Shown one piece after another: positions 17,340 through 27,097 of a DNA stretch of 64,000 nt. The stretch comes from Acutalibacteraceae bacterium. GTDB taxonomy: Bacteria; Bacillota; Clostridia; Oscillospirales; Acutalibacteraceae. The notes below the pieces were generated by a model. It ran no database searches, was not told the DNA's origin, and saw only the letters and a program-made list of their open reading frames with translations. Both the position numbers and the translations under genes were made by a program. The stretch is taken from NCBI GenBank assembly GCA_045533455.1, contig JAZSHU010000052.1:298-64297 (forward strand), given 5' to 3'. How positions within the stretch are numbered: the first letter of the stretch is position 1; each line of letters begins with the position of its first letter.

Positions 17340-18245
17340 TTATTTCAGCACCTCAACAAAGTTTTTGTGTACCCACTTATCGGATGTTTTGCTGATTTTC
17401 AGCCAACTGCCTTTTTCGGCATAAACGGTAAGCAACATACCTTTGGGGAAATCGTTATCCGCTGCTTTGCCTTTTTGGGCAATAACCTGCTCCTGTTCGT
17501 AAGGAGTGAATTCGCCGAACGGAATTCTGCGGTATCCCGAGCCTGCACCATCTCTTACGTTAACGGCTTTTTTGACACGGCAGAGCTTTGTGCCGTCAAT
17601 ATTCTCACGGTGGATAGGACGGAGAACACCGAGAAAATAATTGTAATTATGTTCTATCATCCTCAGTTCCTTTGCACCCCAGTTCATATCGTATGTAATG
17701 AATTTGTTTGTATCGCCTGCACCGGTTGCAATGGCAACGTGACCGTATTTATTCATATTCTTTGACCATACGCTCACATCACCTTTCATCGGTACAAAAT
17801 TTGGTGAATTCTTTATTCTTACAAAATTCTTATTGAGAAAGCTGTGTAATGTGAAATTATCAAAATAAGCGTGTGCATTGCCGATTGCTTTGGGAACGAT
17901 ACCCAGTACATATTTAAGATACATTTTTACAAGGTCAACGCACTGTGCACCTGCCGTGCCGTCATAATCAACTGCTCTGCCGAGATACTTTTTGATGAAA
18001 GCATCAAGGGTCATTGTGCCCGAACCTTTGCCTGCAAGACGGGCATCGATGAGGTCTTTGATGAAATTCCATACGGCTGAAATCCCTGCGGCTGTTGCGG
18101 CAATGAGGATACTTATAAGCATCTTTTTGAGGGTATCCGTATCGGTTGCACCGAGAAGTGCATCAACGGAAACCGCTGAAAGAAACGCCTGCACAAAGGT
18201 TTTCAGGGCTCTGATGAGTATATCTTTGATTTTTTCTTTATTCAT
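17340..18245 (-). CDS. Endolysin: N-terminal holin-like 2-TM domain + CHAP + SH3b-like domain
   Basis: IRALKTFVQAFL...AGISAVWN; AQCVDLVKMY, GNAHAY, YGHVAIA; VNVRDGAGSGY...WLKI...WVH. Confidence 0.85.
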   Translation of the reverse strand: MNKEKIKDILIRALKTFVQAFLSAVSVDALLGATDTDTLKKMLISILIAATAAGISAVWNFIKDLIDARLAGKGSGTMTLDAFIKKYLGRAVDYDGTAGAQCVDLVKMYLKYVLGIVPKAIGNAHAYFDNFTLHSFLNKNFVRIKNSPNFVPMKGDVSVWSKNMNKYGHVAIATGAGDTNKFITYDMNWGAKELRMIEHNYNYFLGVLRPIHRENIDGTKLCRVKKAVNVRDGAGSGYRRIPFGEFTPYEQEQVIAQKGKAADNDFPKGMLLTVYAEKGSWLKISKTSDKWVHKNFVEVLK

Positions 18246-18258
18246 TCAAATCATCCTT

Positions 18259-18522
18259 TCATTTTGCAAAATAGCCTATAACTGCGCTTGCTGCCGCTCC
18301 GATGAAAGCAAACACAAGTTTATCCCACCAGGCGGCGGGTCGGGCTTTCAGTGCCTCTACCGCCGCTTTAAGCTCGCCTACAAGGGTAAGCAAATTGTTA
18401 AGGGTGGTTGTTACCGCAACAAGGTTTTTATCAACCCCGTTGTATTTGGCATACAGCTCGCTGATGTTTTCTTCTGCTTTGTCGAGGCGGTGCTCGATTT
18501 CCGTCAATGTAATTTCGGACAT
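18259..18522 (-). CDS. XhlA-like/holin-associated protein (coiled coil + C-terminal TM)
   Basis: Coiled coil then WWDKLVFAFIGAAASAVIGYF; next to the lysin. Confidence 0.65.
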   Translation of the reverse strand: MSEITLTEIEHRLDKAEENISELYAKYNGVDKNLVAVTTTLNNLLTLVGELKAAVEALKARPAAWWDKLVFAFIGAAASAVIGYFAK

Positions 18523-18887
18523 TATTCAGCCTCCGTCACCGCTTCAAGGTGATAATAGACATCGAATTTGTCAATCACTCCTGACATTACCTTTTCGTAA
18601 AGGTCATTGGGAATGCCTTCGGGGAATTCGATTGTTGCGATGACTCTCTGCTTATCAACCGCAAACTCACGGTGATACTCAATGTTTTTGGGGCAAGGAA
18701 TATCATTAAGAAGCTTGTCTTTCTGTGTGCCAAAATCCTTAATATCAAACTCGCCCTTAATGCGGATATAATCTACCGCCGCATTTTTTGGAAGGTCAAC
18801 ACAAAAACAAAGATTATTTGCTCCCCAATATCCGAGGTTGATAATGCCTTCGTGGTTTTCGCTGTGAATAAGATTCAAAGTTTTCAT
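18522..18887 (-). CDS. Phage hypothetical protein (tail-distal region)
   Basis: Coupled ORF, RBS AGGAG. Confidence 0.65.
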   Translation of the reverse strand: MKTLNLIHSENHEGIINLGYWGANNLCFCVDLPKNAAVDYIRIKGEFDIKDFGTQKDKLLNDIPCPKNIEYHREFAVDKQRVIATIEFPEGIPNDLYEKVMSGVIDKFDVYYHLEAVTEAE

Positions 18888-18899
18888 AATTTATTCTCC

Positions 18900-19793
18900 T
18901 TAATCTGTGTAATAAGTTATACGGATTTTTGACCATCCGTAGTCAATAGCTTTTTTTAGCAACGGGGTAAACTCGGATGAAAAACACAACAGATACGCAT
19001 AGGTTGGCAACTCGAAATCGGAGTTATAAAAAACTTTATCCGACAAAATAATATACGGTGAAGTGTCGAGAGTATACATATCTTTGATGTTGATGTATTC
19101 ACCGTTGTTTTCGTCAGGAAAAGCAATTTCAATGCTTGCAATTTCCGTGCCTACGGGGATTCGTGAAGCTAAATCGACCATATAAACTCTGCCGAACTGT
19201 CCGTAGTTGTCAGACCATATATTCAAATCAGTTTCTTCATCAACAAAGACTTCCAACTGAGCAGTAAGGCGTGAACTGCCGATTTCTCTGCCTTTGTAGA
19301 TAAGGTTGCCGTCGGCATCCTCCCCGAATTTATTAAGTACCTCTGAGTTTTCGTGAGTGTGACGGGCTAAGGCGTTGGCGGCAATCGTAGCGGATATGCC
19401 GTTGTTACCGAAATCGAGAGGGCTTTGAACTCCGCATACCGAAGGTGAAAATACAGCTTCAACCAAGTCGGTTTTTACAAGAAGATTGTTTTCGCCGTCG
19501 TAGCCTTCAAGCTGAAATCTGACGTTTTCGCTTGCCGTAACCTGACCCCAGAGGGGCATATGAATAACATCTGCCTTGGGTATCATTTCCGAGCGGATTA
19601 TTTTTTTTATAAAATCGCTTCCCGTTTCAAACGCCAGGCAGTAAAGCACGATGTTTTCGTTTGACGTCATATAATCGGGCGGAGTAATGTCAAGAACGGT
19701 TGCATTGTGTTCTCCTGTTTTTCCGAAAATATTGCCGTCAGGCAAAATGTCGGGTGAGTTGAAATTTACTCTTATATTTGAAATGTTAACCAC
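18900..19793 (-). CDS. Putative baseplate/receptor-binding tail protein
   Basis: Position; GEHNATVL N-terminus and HTHENSEVL motif common in Clostridial tail fibres. Confidence 0.55.
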   Translation of the reverse strand: MVNISNIRVNFNSPDILPDGNIFGKTGEHNATVLDITPPDYMTSNENIVLYCLAFETGSDFIKKIIRSEMIPKADVIHMPLWGQVTASENVRFQLEGYDGENNLLVKTDLVEAVFSPSVCGVQSPLDFGNNGISATIAANALARHTHENSEVLNKFGEDADGNLIYKGREIGSSRLTAQLEVFVDEETDLNIWSDNYGQFGRVYMVDLASRIPVGTEIASIEIAFPDENNGEYINIKDMYTLDTSPYIILSDKVFYNSDFELPTYAYLLCFSSEFTPLLKKAIDYGWSKIRITYYTD

Positions 19794-21174
19794 CTCCGTT
19801 TAGTTTTGAATGCAGTTCGTTGAGAAATGCAATCCACGTGTTTACAACGATAATCCAGTTGTAATTCTGTTTGTTTATTGTCTGTGTTGAGACCAAGTTT
19901 GACACGATTATTCCCTGAGCAGTTGCCGCTGTCCGCAGCTTCTGACAGTTGGATTCCATGGCAACAAAAGCTGCCATAATTTCGGTAACGGGATGATTTT
20001 TTCCCGTTAAGCTTATCTCTTCAAGCTCATCAACCGATGCGCCTATGCTCATAAGCTCACCTTTCACAAAATCAACGGCAAACAGCAGTTTGTTAAAGTA
20101 TGTTACCGTCAGATAGTCAGCAACTTCGTAAAGTTTGGGAAATCCCGCTGTACTCAGTACGGTAACAGAGCAATATGCAGAAAAACCGCCGTCAACCGTG
20201 GTTGCTGTGATTACGCACGGCCCCTCTGACTTGGCGGTTATAACTCCGTTTGCATCAATTTCAGCAACGTTTGCATCGGAGCTTTCAAACAAAACGCTTT
20301 GTTCCTCTGCATTGGCGGGAAATACCGAGTATTCCAACTCGGCGGTATCACCGATAACCAAGTCAAGTGTGCTTTCACATGAAATTTCCGTGACTCTTTG
20401 GGGAACAGCTAACACACCGACTGCTGTTGCAGATTTGCCGTTTAAAGCTGTTACAAGAATTTCATAGATATAATTCTTGCCGCTGTCAAGCGGAGCATCC
20501 TCAGGCATTGATGCGTTGAGGTCAAACACAACGTTTTCATATAAGGTAAGATTTGCGTTTTTGGTTAAAACCAAACTATATGTTCCGTCTGTGTTTGCTG
20601 TTTTTGCCCATGAATCAGCACCGTTTGCGATATTCATTCGGCTTGAAGCCTGCAAATCGCTTAACCCTTTCAAGGTGAATTGAATGCTGCTCAGCGCATA
20701 TGTATCATGTTCTGCTTCGAACCGGGCCGAGGCGTTAAGACCGTATCTGTTTGACGATATGTTTATAAAGCTGTGTATGAACGGACTTGAATTATCTACC
20801 CATGTAGAATCAAACGAAAGTGATGCAGTTCCGTTTGATTTCCAAATATAGAATAAGCTGCTGTAGTCTGCCCATAATTTGAAGTCGACATCAAAATGCA
20901 GCGTTCCTGCTTCGGGAAGCGGATATGTTTTACTGTATGAGTAGTACGGCAAGGGCCTTTTTGTCGTATAATAATCATATTCAGATGTTTTGCCGTCAAA
21001 AAGTTTTTCGCCGTTTACCTTTAAATCAAACTTGATATAGTCTTTGTTCTTTTCAGAAGTGACCAGATAAAACTTTAATGTAACCGTGTAATCAACAATA
21101 TTCGGTATTTCCTCAACTTCCAAATAATAATCCACATCATCAAGGGTCATTATCTTGGTTGAATACGTTGCCAT
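19786..21174 (-). CDS. Tail protein with bacterial Ig-like (Big_2) domain
   Basis: VIGDTAELEYSVFPANA...ESSDANVAEIDANGVITAKSEG..ITATTVDGG..AYCSVTV. Confidence 0.75.
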   Translation of the reverse strand: MATYSTKIMTLDDVDYYLEVEEIPNIVDYTVTLKFYLVTSEKNKDYIKFDLKVNGEKLFDGKTSEYDYYTTKRPLPYYSYSKTYPLPEAGTLHFDVDFKLWADYSSLFYIWKSNGTASLSFDSTWVDNSSPFIHSFINISSNRYGLNASARFEAEHDTYALSSIQFTLKGLSDLQASSRMNIANGADSWAKTANTDGTYSLVLTKNANLTLYENVVFDLNASMPEDAPLDSGKNYIYEILVTALNGKSATAVGVLAVPQRVTEISCESTLDLVIGDTAELEYSVFPANAEEQSVLFESSDANVAEIDANGVITAKSEGPCVITATTVDGGFSAYCSVTVLSTAGFPKLYEVADYLTVTYFNKLLFAVDFVKGELMSIGASVDELEEISLTGKNHPVTEIMAAFVAMESNCQKLRTAATAQGIIVSNLVSTQTINKQNYNWIIVVNTWIAFLNELHSKLNGGG

Positions 21175-22640
21175 CAGCTCTCTCCTCCGTTTGCCGCATA
21201 GTCACGCTCTATGACGGTTATTTTCGCTGTTTTTGCGGTTGAATATGAAATGTCCATAGACTTGATAATCCCCGTTTTAAGACCGTTGTGCGGTGTTTCT
21301 ATGGTGATGATATCGCCGATGTTTTCATCGTCGAGAATGATAGTTGCTGTTATTTCATTTCGATAGAAGCCCGTCTCTTTCAGTTCTTCCAGTCTTTCAT
21401 CAAAGTTCCCCGCGAGTGAAAATTTATCATATGTTTTTTCGCCGACGAAATTCGTTGCCTTTACATATGGATTGTTGTATCGTTCTTCTTTGATGACGGT
21501 ATCAAAATCGTCGCTGAAGGCTTTAAACACGATTGCAGTATAGGGCGAGTTTTGCTTATATTCGGCTTTCCCGATTATTCGGCTTGCACTGATAACTCGG
21601 TTGCGCCTGTTGCGAGGCTTTCTCATTTCAAGCTTTTTGCCGTTTGAAACGATAAAACATCCTGCCGCAAAAGCTACAATCGCCGCTGCTGTGCGTGAGC
21701 TTTTCTGAGCTTCAATGAATCCGCTCAATTCTGCATCATTAAAATTACCGCCTTCAATATCAATGTTGGAGGCGGTTTTTATCATGGTGAGAATATCCGA
21801 AAGCTTGTGTGTTCCTTGCGCAACGGCAGGGAAAGGCGAACCGTCAAGCATCATGACATCGTTTGAACATTCAAAGCTGTATCTATCATCACCGTTGGGG
21901 GTTATGCAGTCGGCAACAAATTTTCCCTGCGGTTCATCATCCGAATAAAGGAAAAGCTCCTGTGCTTCCTGTGGGGCAAAATCGCCCGAAATCTGAGCTT
22001 CGAATTCGCATGTGCTGCCCGGTAAATCGGAGCAATCATCGCTGATTTCACGAAAAACATTTATCGGGCCGTAGAATTTTGAAATTTCAAAGGACTTGCC
22101 GAGGTCTATTCCCGCAAGCTTGACGAACTGATTCGGCAGCTCGGATTTATCAAACGATATTATGATTTTGTTGAAATTCTCAACAGCCTGCTCACCGTAA
22201 AAGGTCAGCATTTTCTGTTTCTTATCCTCTTCGGAGAATGAGGGATAAAACGTTACCCATTGAAGCCGAACATCATCCTGATACCATCTGACCGAAAATT
22301 CCGTGCAGTAATTCTGCCAAAAGTGGAGCGTTATGCCCGGCGCACTGTAATAGCCGTTTGCAAGATCAATAACAATGTCAACAGAGGGCGAGAATATTTT
22401 TGAGTTATTGCTGACGGCAGATGATACATAGCCGATGTTATCTGACGGTTCGGCAAAGGATAAATCAAAATTCAAGAGATTTATGCCGAGGCTTTCAAAA
22501 GATGCGTAATTAACAAGACTGCGTGAATCGGTGTTGAGCAAATCTCCCGGACTCTGAAAAGCGGATGAGCCTGCCGCGGGAACGGTTGCGTTTTCTGCCG
22601 CAAGGGGAGCAAAATCGTTATAAATAATTTTATGTTTCAT
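21174..22640 (-). CDS. Tail tip/hub protein
   Basis: Position after the distal tail gene; RBS AAGGAGG before ATG 22640. Confidence 0.65.
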   Translation of the reverse strand: MKHKIIYNDFAPLAAENATVPAAGSSAFQSPGDLLNTDSRSLVNYASFESLGINLLNFDLSFAEPSDNIGYVSSAVSNNSKIFSPSVDIVIDLANGYYSAPGITLHFWQNYCTEFSVRWYQDDVRLQWVTFYPSFSEEDKKQKMLTFYGEQAVENFNKIIISFDKSELPNQFVKLAGIDLGKSFEISKFYGPINVFREISDDCSDLPGSTCEFEAQISGDFAPQEAQELFLYSDDEPQGKFVADCITPNGDDRYSFECSNDVMMLDGSPFPAVAQGTHKLSDILTMIKTASNIDIEGGNFNDAELSGFIEAQKSSRTAAAIVAFAAGCFIVSNGKKLEMRKPRNRRNRVISASRIIGKAEYKQNSPYTAIVFKAFSDDFDTVIKEERYNNPYVKATNFVGEKTYDKFSLAGNFDERLEELKETGFYRNEITATIILDDENIGDIITIETPHNGLKTGIIKSMDISYSTAKTAKITVIERDYAANGGES

Positions 22641-22650
22641 TCTGCCCTCC

Positions 22651-23043
22651 TTACGGTGTTTTTTGCGGTGCCTTTGCAATAAAACTCAGGGTTATAGGTC
22701 CCCAGTAATTTTCGTTGCGTGCCTGCCGTATGAGCTTCTGGCTTGCTTTTGTGATGTATGCTTCAAAGGTGAGCGTACCCTGATTATAAGGAACGGTTAT
22801 GGTGTTGAAGGGAACGGGTGCGGAGAGTGCTTCAAAAAGCTCGTCGTATTTCGCAAGAGAACAGGAAACGCCTCGGCTGACGGTCATTTTATAGTTATAG
22901 TAAGTACCTATAAGAAAAATTGCCATTTCGCCGTTTTGCAGTCTGCCGCTCTGATCTGATGAAAGCTTTTCAAAACTGCGTTCAAGCTCGTTGATGCGTA
23001 TTCCCGTATTCACATCGTATTTGACGCCGTCAATTATAAGCAT
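22651..23043 (-). CDS. Distal tail (Dit-like) protein
   Basis: Immediately after the tape measure gene; SGRLQNGEM..LIGTYYNY. Confidence 0.6.
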   Translation of the reverse strand: MLIIDGVKYDVNTGIRINELERSFEKLSSDQSGRLQNGEMAIFLIGTYYNYKMTVSRGVSCSLAKYDELFEALSAPVPFNTITVPYNQGTLTFEAYITKASQKLIRQARNENYWGPITLSFIAKAPQKTP

Positions 23044-25143
23044 TTAACCACCTCCGAAAGCTGTTTTGCGGCTGCCCTCACGGGTCAGTTTAAGGTCAAG
23101 AAGCCTTATGAGTTCGCCCAGTGAGCCGTTTGCAATAAAATTGAAATTGAATTCCTGCTCGCCCATTACATTGCGGAGGGCATCCTCAATGGTAGTCAGG
23201 GGAGCTTCAACATTTGTGCCGTGTTTCTGGTCGCCCACAAGAGCATAAAACGGCTTGTTTGGCGGCAGAACCGCACCCGATGCAAGGGCAGGGACGGGAA
23301 TACGGGGGAGCGATACTTCAGAAACCCTTGATAATCCGGGCGAATATGTTTTACCGCCATATTCCGGAATCCAATCAGGAATAGTAATTGTTAAAACTGA
23401 ATTGATTTTATCAACAATCCAGTTCAGTCCCTTGATTATTGAATTGATAAAACCTTCAATTCCTTCAAGCCCTGAATTTATGCCATTGATAATTCCGAGT
23501 TTTATATTATTAAAAGTTTCTTTTGCCTTATCACCAAAATCTGAAAAAGCCTGTTTTATTTTGCCCCAAATTTCAACAACTTTTGTACGGGCATCTTCAT
23601 TTGTTGCTATGAATGTAACTAAAGCGGCTATCAATGAAGTGACAACCGTTACAACGAATGCAATTGGATTGGCAAGTAATGTGCCATTGAAAAGCTGTTG
23701 TGCAATGTTCGCAAGGGAGGTAGTATCTTTTAACGCTTTGAATGCAGTTACAGCTTGATTAATGAGAGATGCGGCTTCAAATACAGCAAATGCAGCTCCT
23801 ATGCCTGCAATACCTGAAATTATAGTATCTTTGTTATCAATGACCCATTTCAAACCGTCAAGAATTATCGGGAGCGTTTCGTCAATAAATGTTTGAAATC
23901 CTCCTGTTATAACTTCTGATACAGCATCAGTATCAACACCTTCAATCAATCCGGTGATACTGTCCAGAATAAGCCCAAATCCATCTTTGACGCTTGTCGT
24001 GATCGGTTCTGCTATTTCTCCGAGCTTTGCCATTCTGTCGTTATAATCGGATTGCGATTTATTTGCATTTATTATATTTTCGTTTGCTGCCTTGTAAGCT
24101 TCCGAAGCATCGCCGAGAAGGCTTTCTGTGGTTTCAAGCATAAACTGCTGCTTTTCACTTTCAGTAGAACAAGCTGCAAGTTTTGTGTTGAATTCATCAA
24201 CGTTTACTCCGCAGCCTTCCAAAAGCTGTGTGTATGCACCTGTTGCCTCTCCGAGTTTTAATGTTTCGTTTGCTGCTTCGTAGAATGTTTCGGGTTGAAG
24301 AGCATCGCCGAATTTTGCAAAAACACCTGCAGCATATTCTGCCCACTGTGCTGCTTCTTGCTCGTTGGTAGACAGCAATGCAATCTGCTGCGAAGCTTCA
24401 ACACATTGGTCGGTTTCGCCTATAATGCTGTATAACTCTTGATAAGTCTTTTTTGCGGCATCAGCGGATAGATTGTTGGTTTTAAAGGCGGTTTGAAGTT
24501 TGCCCATTTCTGAACGGTATTCTCTTGTTTCATCTGCGAGTCCGGCAAGCTTTTTGATTGATTCAGCAGCAAAATCACTTAATTTAGCCAATCCATTTGA
24601 TATGAAGTTGGAAAGAACGCCCTTTGTAACAGAAAAACCATCCCCTGTTTCCTTTGCAGTATCATCCAAATCTTGAAGAGAATCATCGGCATATTGAGAA
24701 ACATCGGCTAATTTATTCAAAGAAATTGTTGCTTCTTCAACCATCTGTTGATACGAATTGTTTCTGTTACCTGTAAACATCAAAGATTCGAGCTGTTCTT
24801 TTAGAGGAAGTATCTGCTCGTCAAAAGCCTCTATTTCATTACGAAGTTTCTCGATTTCTTCACCGTATGAATCGATATTCTTTATGGCTTCATCCGTAAT
24901 TATGTGATAGTCAACTTTATCAATTTTTCCGCTTAATAACGCCTCATTCGCATCTTTTACGGCTTTTTCGGCTTGAGCAACTTTGAAACGTAAATTTTCA
25001 AATTTTTCGATAATGGGTAACTGCTTACTTTCAAGTTTTTCAATTTCTTTTTGAAGGGAAGAAATTTCTTTTTGTACCGCCTTAATGTTAAATTCGACAG
25101 ATAAATTTATGTCAGCCGTTTCTTTCACCTCCGAGAATGTCAT
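23044..25143 (-). CDS. Tape measure protein (start ambiguous: ATG 25143 or ACG 25119)
   Basis: Long helical protein, ETREYRSEMGKL, ANPIAFVV TM, C-terminal LASGAVLPPN..ALVGDQ. Confidence 0.9.
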   Translation of the reverse strand: MTFSEVKETADINLSVEFNIKAVQKEISSLQKEIEKLESKQLPIIEKFENLRFKVAQAEKAVKDANEALLSGKIDKVDYHIITDEAIKNIDSYGEEIEKLRNEIEAFDEQILPLKEQLESLMFTGNRNNSYQQMVEEATISLNKLADVSQYADDSLQDLDDTAKETGDGFSVTKGVLSNFISNGLAKLSDFAAESIKKLAGLADETREYRSEMGKLQTAFKTNNLSADAAKKTYQELYSIIGETDQCVEASQQIALLSTNEQEAAQWAEYAAGVFAKFGDALQPETFYEAANETLKLGEATGAYTQLLEGCGVNVDEFNTKLAACSTESEKQQFMLETTESLLGDASEAYKAANENIINANKSQSDYNDRMAKLGEIAEPITTSVKDGFGLILDSITGLIEGVDTDAVSEVITGGFQTFIDETLPIILDGLKWVIDNKDTIISGIAGIGAAFAVFEAASLINQAVTAFKALKDTTSLANIAQQLFNGTLLANPIAFVVTVVTSLIAALVTFIATNEDARTKVVEIWGKIKQAFSDFGDKAKETFNNIKLGIINGINSGLEGIEGFINSIIKGLNWIVDKINSVLTITIPDWIPEYGGKTYSPGLSRVSEVSLPRIPVPALASGAVLPPNKPFYALVGDQKHGTNVEAPLTTIEDALRNVMGEQEFNFNFIANGSLGELIRLLDLKLTREGSRKTAFGGG

Positions 25144-25672
25144 CTATTTCCGCCTGCTCGTCTGTGCCGATGCGTCGGCGAAGCTCCACGGTTAGGAGAT
25201 TATCCGAATAATATTTTCTTTCCCACTTGTCAAGCGGTTCGCCTTTGGCGATTTTCTGACGGATTCTTGTGACGCAGGCGAAGGCACATTCGCCGATTTC
25301 ATAATAAGCGGCAACGAAAGACCACCAGTGAAGATATTCCGTGCCTCTGCAATCATAGCCGAGAATTCTGTTGACGGGCGGAATGATAAGTGAAAAATCC
25401 TGTTCCCAGTCCATCACTTTCGGTTTCTTTCTGCCGTCCGTTTCTGTTTCCCCGCAGGCGATAAACCACAGACAGCGTTCATACGCTTCACCGTGGTCGT
25501 CAATCTTTTTCCAATCGGGAAAAATAATACGGACGCAAGCCTCGGCTTTCTCAACAGGCAGAAGGTCAGGGTCATTGAGAGCAGAGATTGCGTCCAGTAT
25601 TACACGGTAATCCGTCCTTATTTCATAATCAACACCGCCGACATTGAGGGTTTTCGGCAGAGTGTAAATCAT
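25112..25672 (-). CDS. Gp15-like tail assembly protein
   Basis: LPKTLNVGGVDYEIRTDYR, DWEQD, YLHWWSF. Confidence 0.8.
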   Translation of the reverse strand: MIYTLPKTLNVGGVDYEIRTDYRVILDAISALNDPDLLPVEKAEACVRIIFPDWKKIDDHGEAYERCLWFIACGETETDGRKKPKVMDWEQDFSLIIPPVNRILGYDCRGTEYLHWWSFVAAYYEIGECAFACVTRIRQKIAKGEPLDKWERKYYSDNLLTVELRRRIGTDEQAEIDDILGGERNG

Positions 25673-26091
25673 TTTTCATACCTCGCCGTATGCTTTGCAA
25701 TGCGTTTTTCGCTTGCTTTGGCAGCCTTTTTAGCTATCTTTTCTATTTCTGGAAGAATTGCTTCAAGGAAAGCTTCCACATATATTTTTCCGTTTTTAAG
25801 TGGCATCAGAGGAGAGCAAGCGCCAAACACAGGTGTGGATACATCGTAATTAAATATAAAATTTAATTGTTTGCGGCATTCTTTATCTGCATTATCAAGA
25901 AAAGTTATGCATTCTTCGGGGAATACAGGCCGTGATGCTTTTATTTCTTCAAGATACTTTTGAATGTTTTTCTGTGCTTGGTTTGCGCGCGTTTTGATAT
26001 TTAAATCGTTTGCCTGAATGTAAATCACACGCTCAGGGTCGCCGTTTATGGTTATGGCTTCTCTGCCGTCATCAATGTTGATATTTTTCAA
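25669..26091 (-). CDS. Tail assembly chaperone
   Basis: Between major tail and Gp15 genes; RBS GGAGG, TTG start. Confidence 0.65.
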   Translation of the reverse strand: MKNINIDDGREAITINGDPERVIYIQANDLNIKTRANQAQKNIQKYLEEIKASRPVFPEECITFLDNADKECRKQLNFIFNYDVSTPVFGACSPLMPLKNGKIYVEAFLEAILPEIEKIAKKAAKASEKRIAKHTARYEK

Positions 26092-26105
26092 GACGGGTTA
26101 CCTCC

Positions 26106-26660
26106 TTATGCGTTGGGTGTGAACGTGATGGTTTCGTCATGCTTGTATGCATTAACCGTTCCGAGAATTTTGTTGTTGCTGAAATCAATGTTGACAGGCA
26201 TATCAACATAAGCACTGCCGCCGATACTTTGAGGAATAACGGTGCAGTTTTTATGTACCTCGGCGTGATATGCGTGAGCTTCCGCCGTGCCTTCGTCGAT
26301 AAACGCCTTGATAATCATAACCTCAAAGAGTGAGAATTCGCTGAGAGCGTTTCTTTCCTGAATATCATTCAGCTTGAAGAGCAGAGGGTTGCCGCCTCTG
26401 ACCGTCATGGGTGTAAGGCTCTGGGCAGGTTCAAGCTTGTCAACCGAGGATTCCGTGATACCGAGAATATCGGTTACTTTTGAACTTGTGGGATTAAGCT
26501 CAATCGCACTGTCTTCAACACCTACACCCACGGGCACCCATTTGGGGTTTCCTTCTGCGGCGGTAATGCTGTCACCGACATTTACGCAGGTGACAAGCAG
26601 TTTTCTTTCAGCCTTCTGATTGGGGAGAAGGGAGAAATCCTTAGCTTTATAATCAGCCAT
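26106..26660 (-). CDS. Major tail (tube) protein
   Basis: Position; VGVGVEDSAIELNP..TDILG; FTP C-terminus. Confidence 0.75.
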   Translation of the reverse strand: MADYKAKDFSLLPNQKAERKLLVTCVNVGDSITAAEGNPKWVPVGVGVEDSAIELNPTSSKVTDILGITESSVDKLEPAQSLTPMTVRGGNPLLFKLNDIQERNALSEFSLFEVMIIKAFIDEGTAEAHAYHAEVHKNCTVIPQSIGGSAYVDMPVNIDFSNNKILGTVNAYKHDETITFTPNA

Positions 26661-26674
26661 ATTTAATCATCCTT

Positions 26675-27097
26675 TCAATTAGTTTCTTCATAGATTATTC
26701 TGTACTGCGAAAGATATTTTGAAATATTCTGCATTCTTAATGAAGTGGGAATATTCTGAATAACCGTTATTTTTTCGATGTTGCAGTGTGCATCGAAATC
26801 GGGAAAATTCCTTTTAAGGTTTTGCTGTTTTATCCATTCCGTCAGGCTTTGTAACGATTCCATATCGGCTATGTTTTCAACACCGTCAAGGGATGTATCG
26901 TCAACAATACCGAAAGAGGAAACAGCAAAGTCATAATGCTTTGTTTCAAAGCCGAAAATATCAGTTTTAACCGTATAATCCGACGGTATGGGGATAAAAT
27001 TTGCTCCGCCGTCTTCGGCTGTCCCGAAATTAAAAAAGAGTTTATCAAAAACGGGGCAGCTTTTAAGCCATTCAAACACGGCTTTGTTCTTATCCAT
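26675..27097 (-). CDS. Tail terminator-like protein
   Basis: Position; WIKQQNLKRNFPDF. Confidence 0.6.
   Translation of the reverse strand: MDKNKAVFEWLKSCPVFDKLFFNFGTAEDGGANFIPIPSDYTVKTDIFGFETKHYDFAVSSFGIVDDTSLDGVENIADMESLQSLTEWIKQQNLKRNFPDFDAHCNIEKITVIQNIPTSLRMQNISKYLSQYRIIYEETN

Noticed and set aside
18522-22640. Diversity-generating retroelement or invertible tail-fibre cassette
   Set aside because: No reverse transcriptase or invertase, and no TR/VR-like duplication seen.
25669-25760. Programmed frameshift in the tail chaperone
   Set aside because: The chaperone and Gp15 overlap by ATGA with an SD for Gp15, and I could not identify a convincing slippery heptamer.
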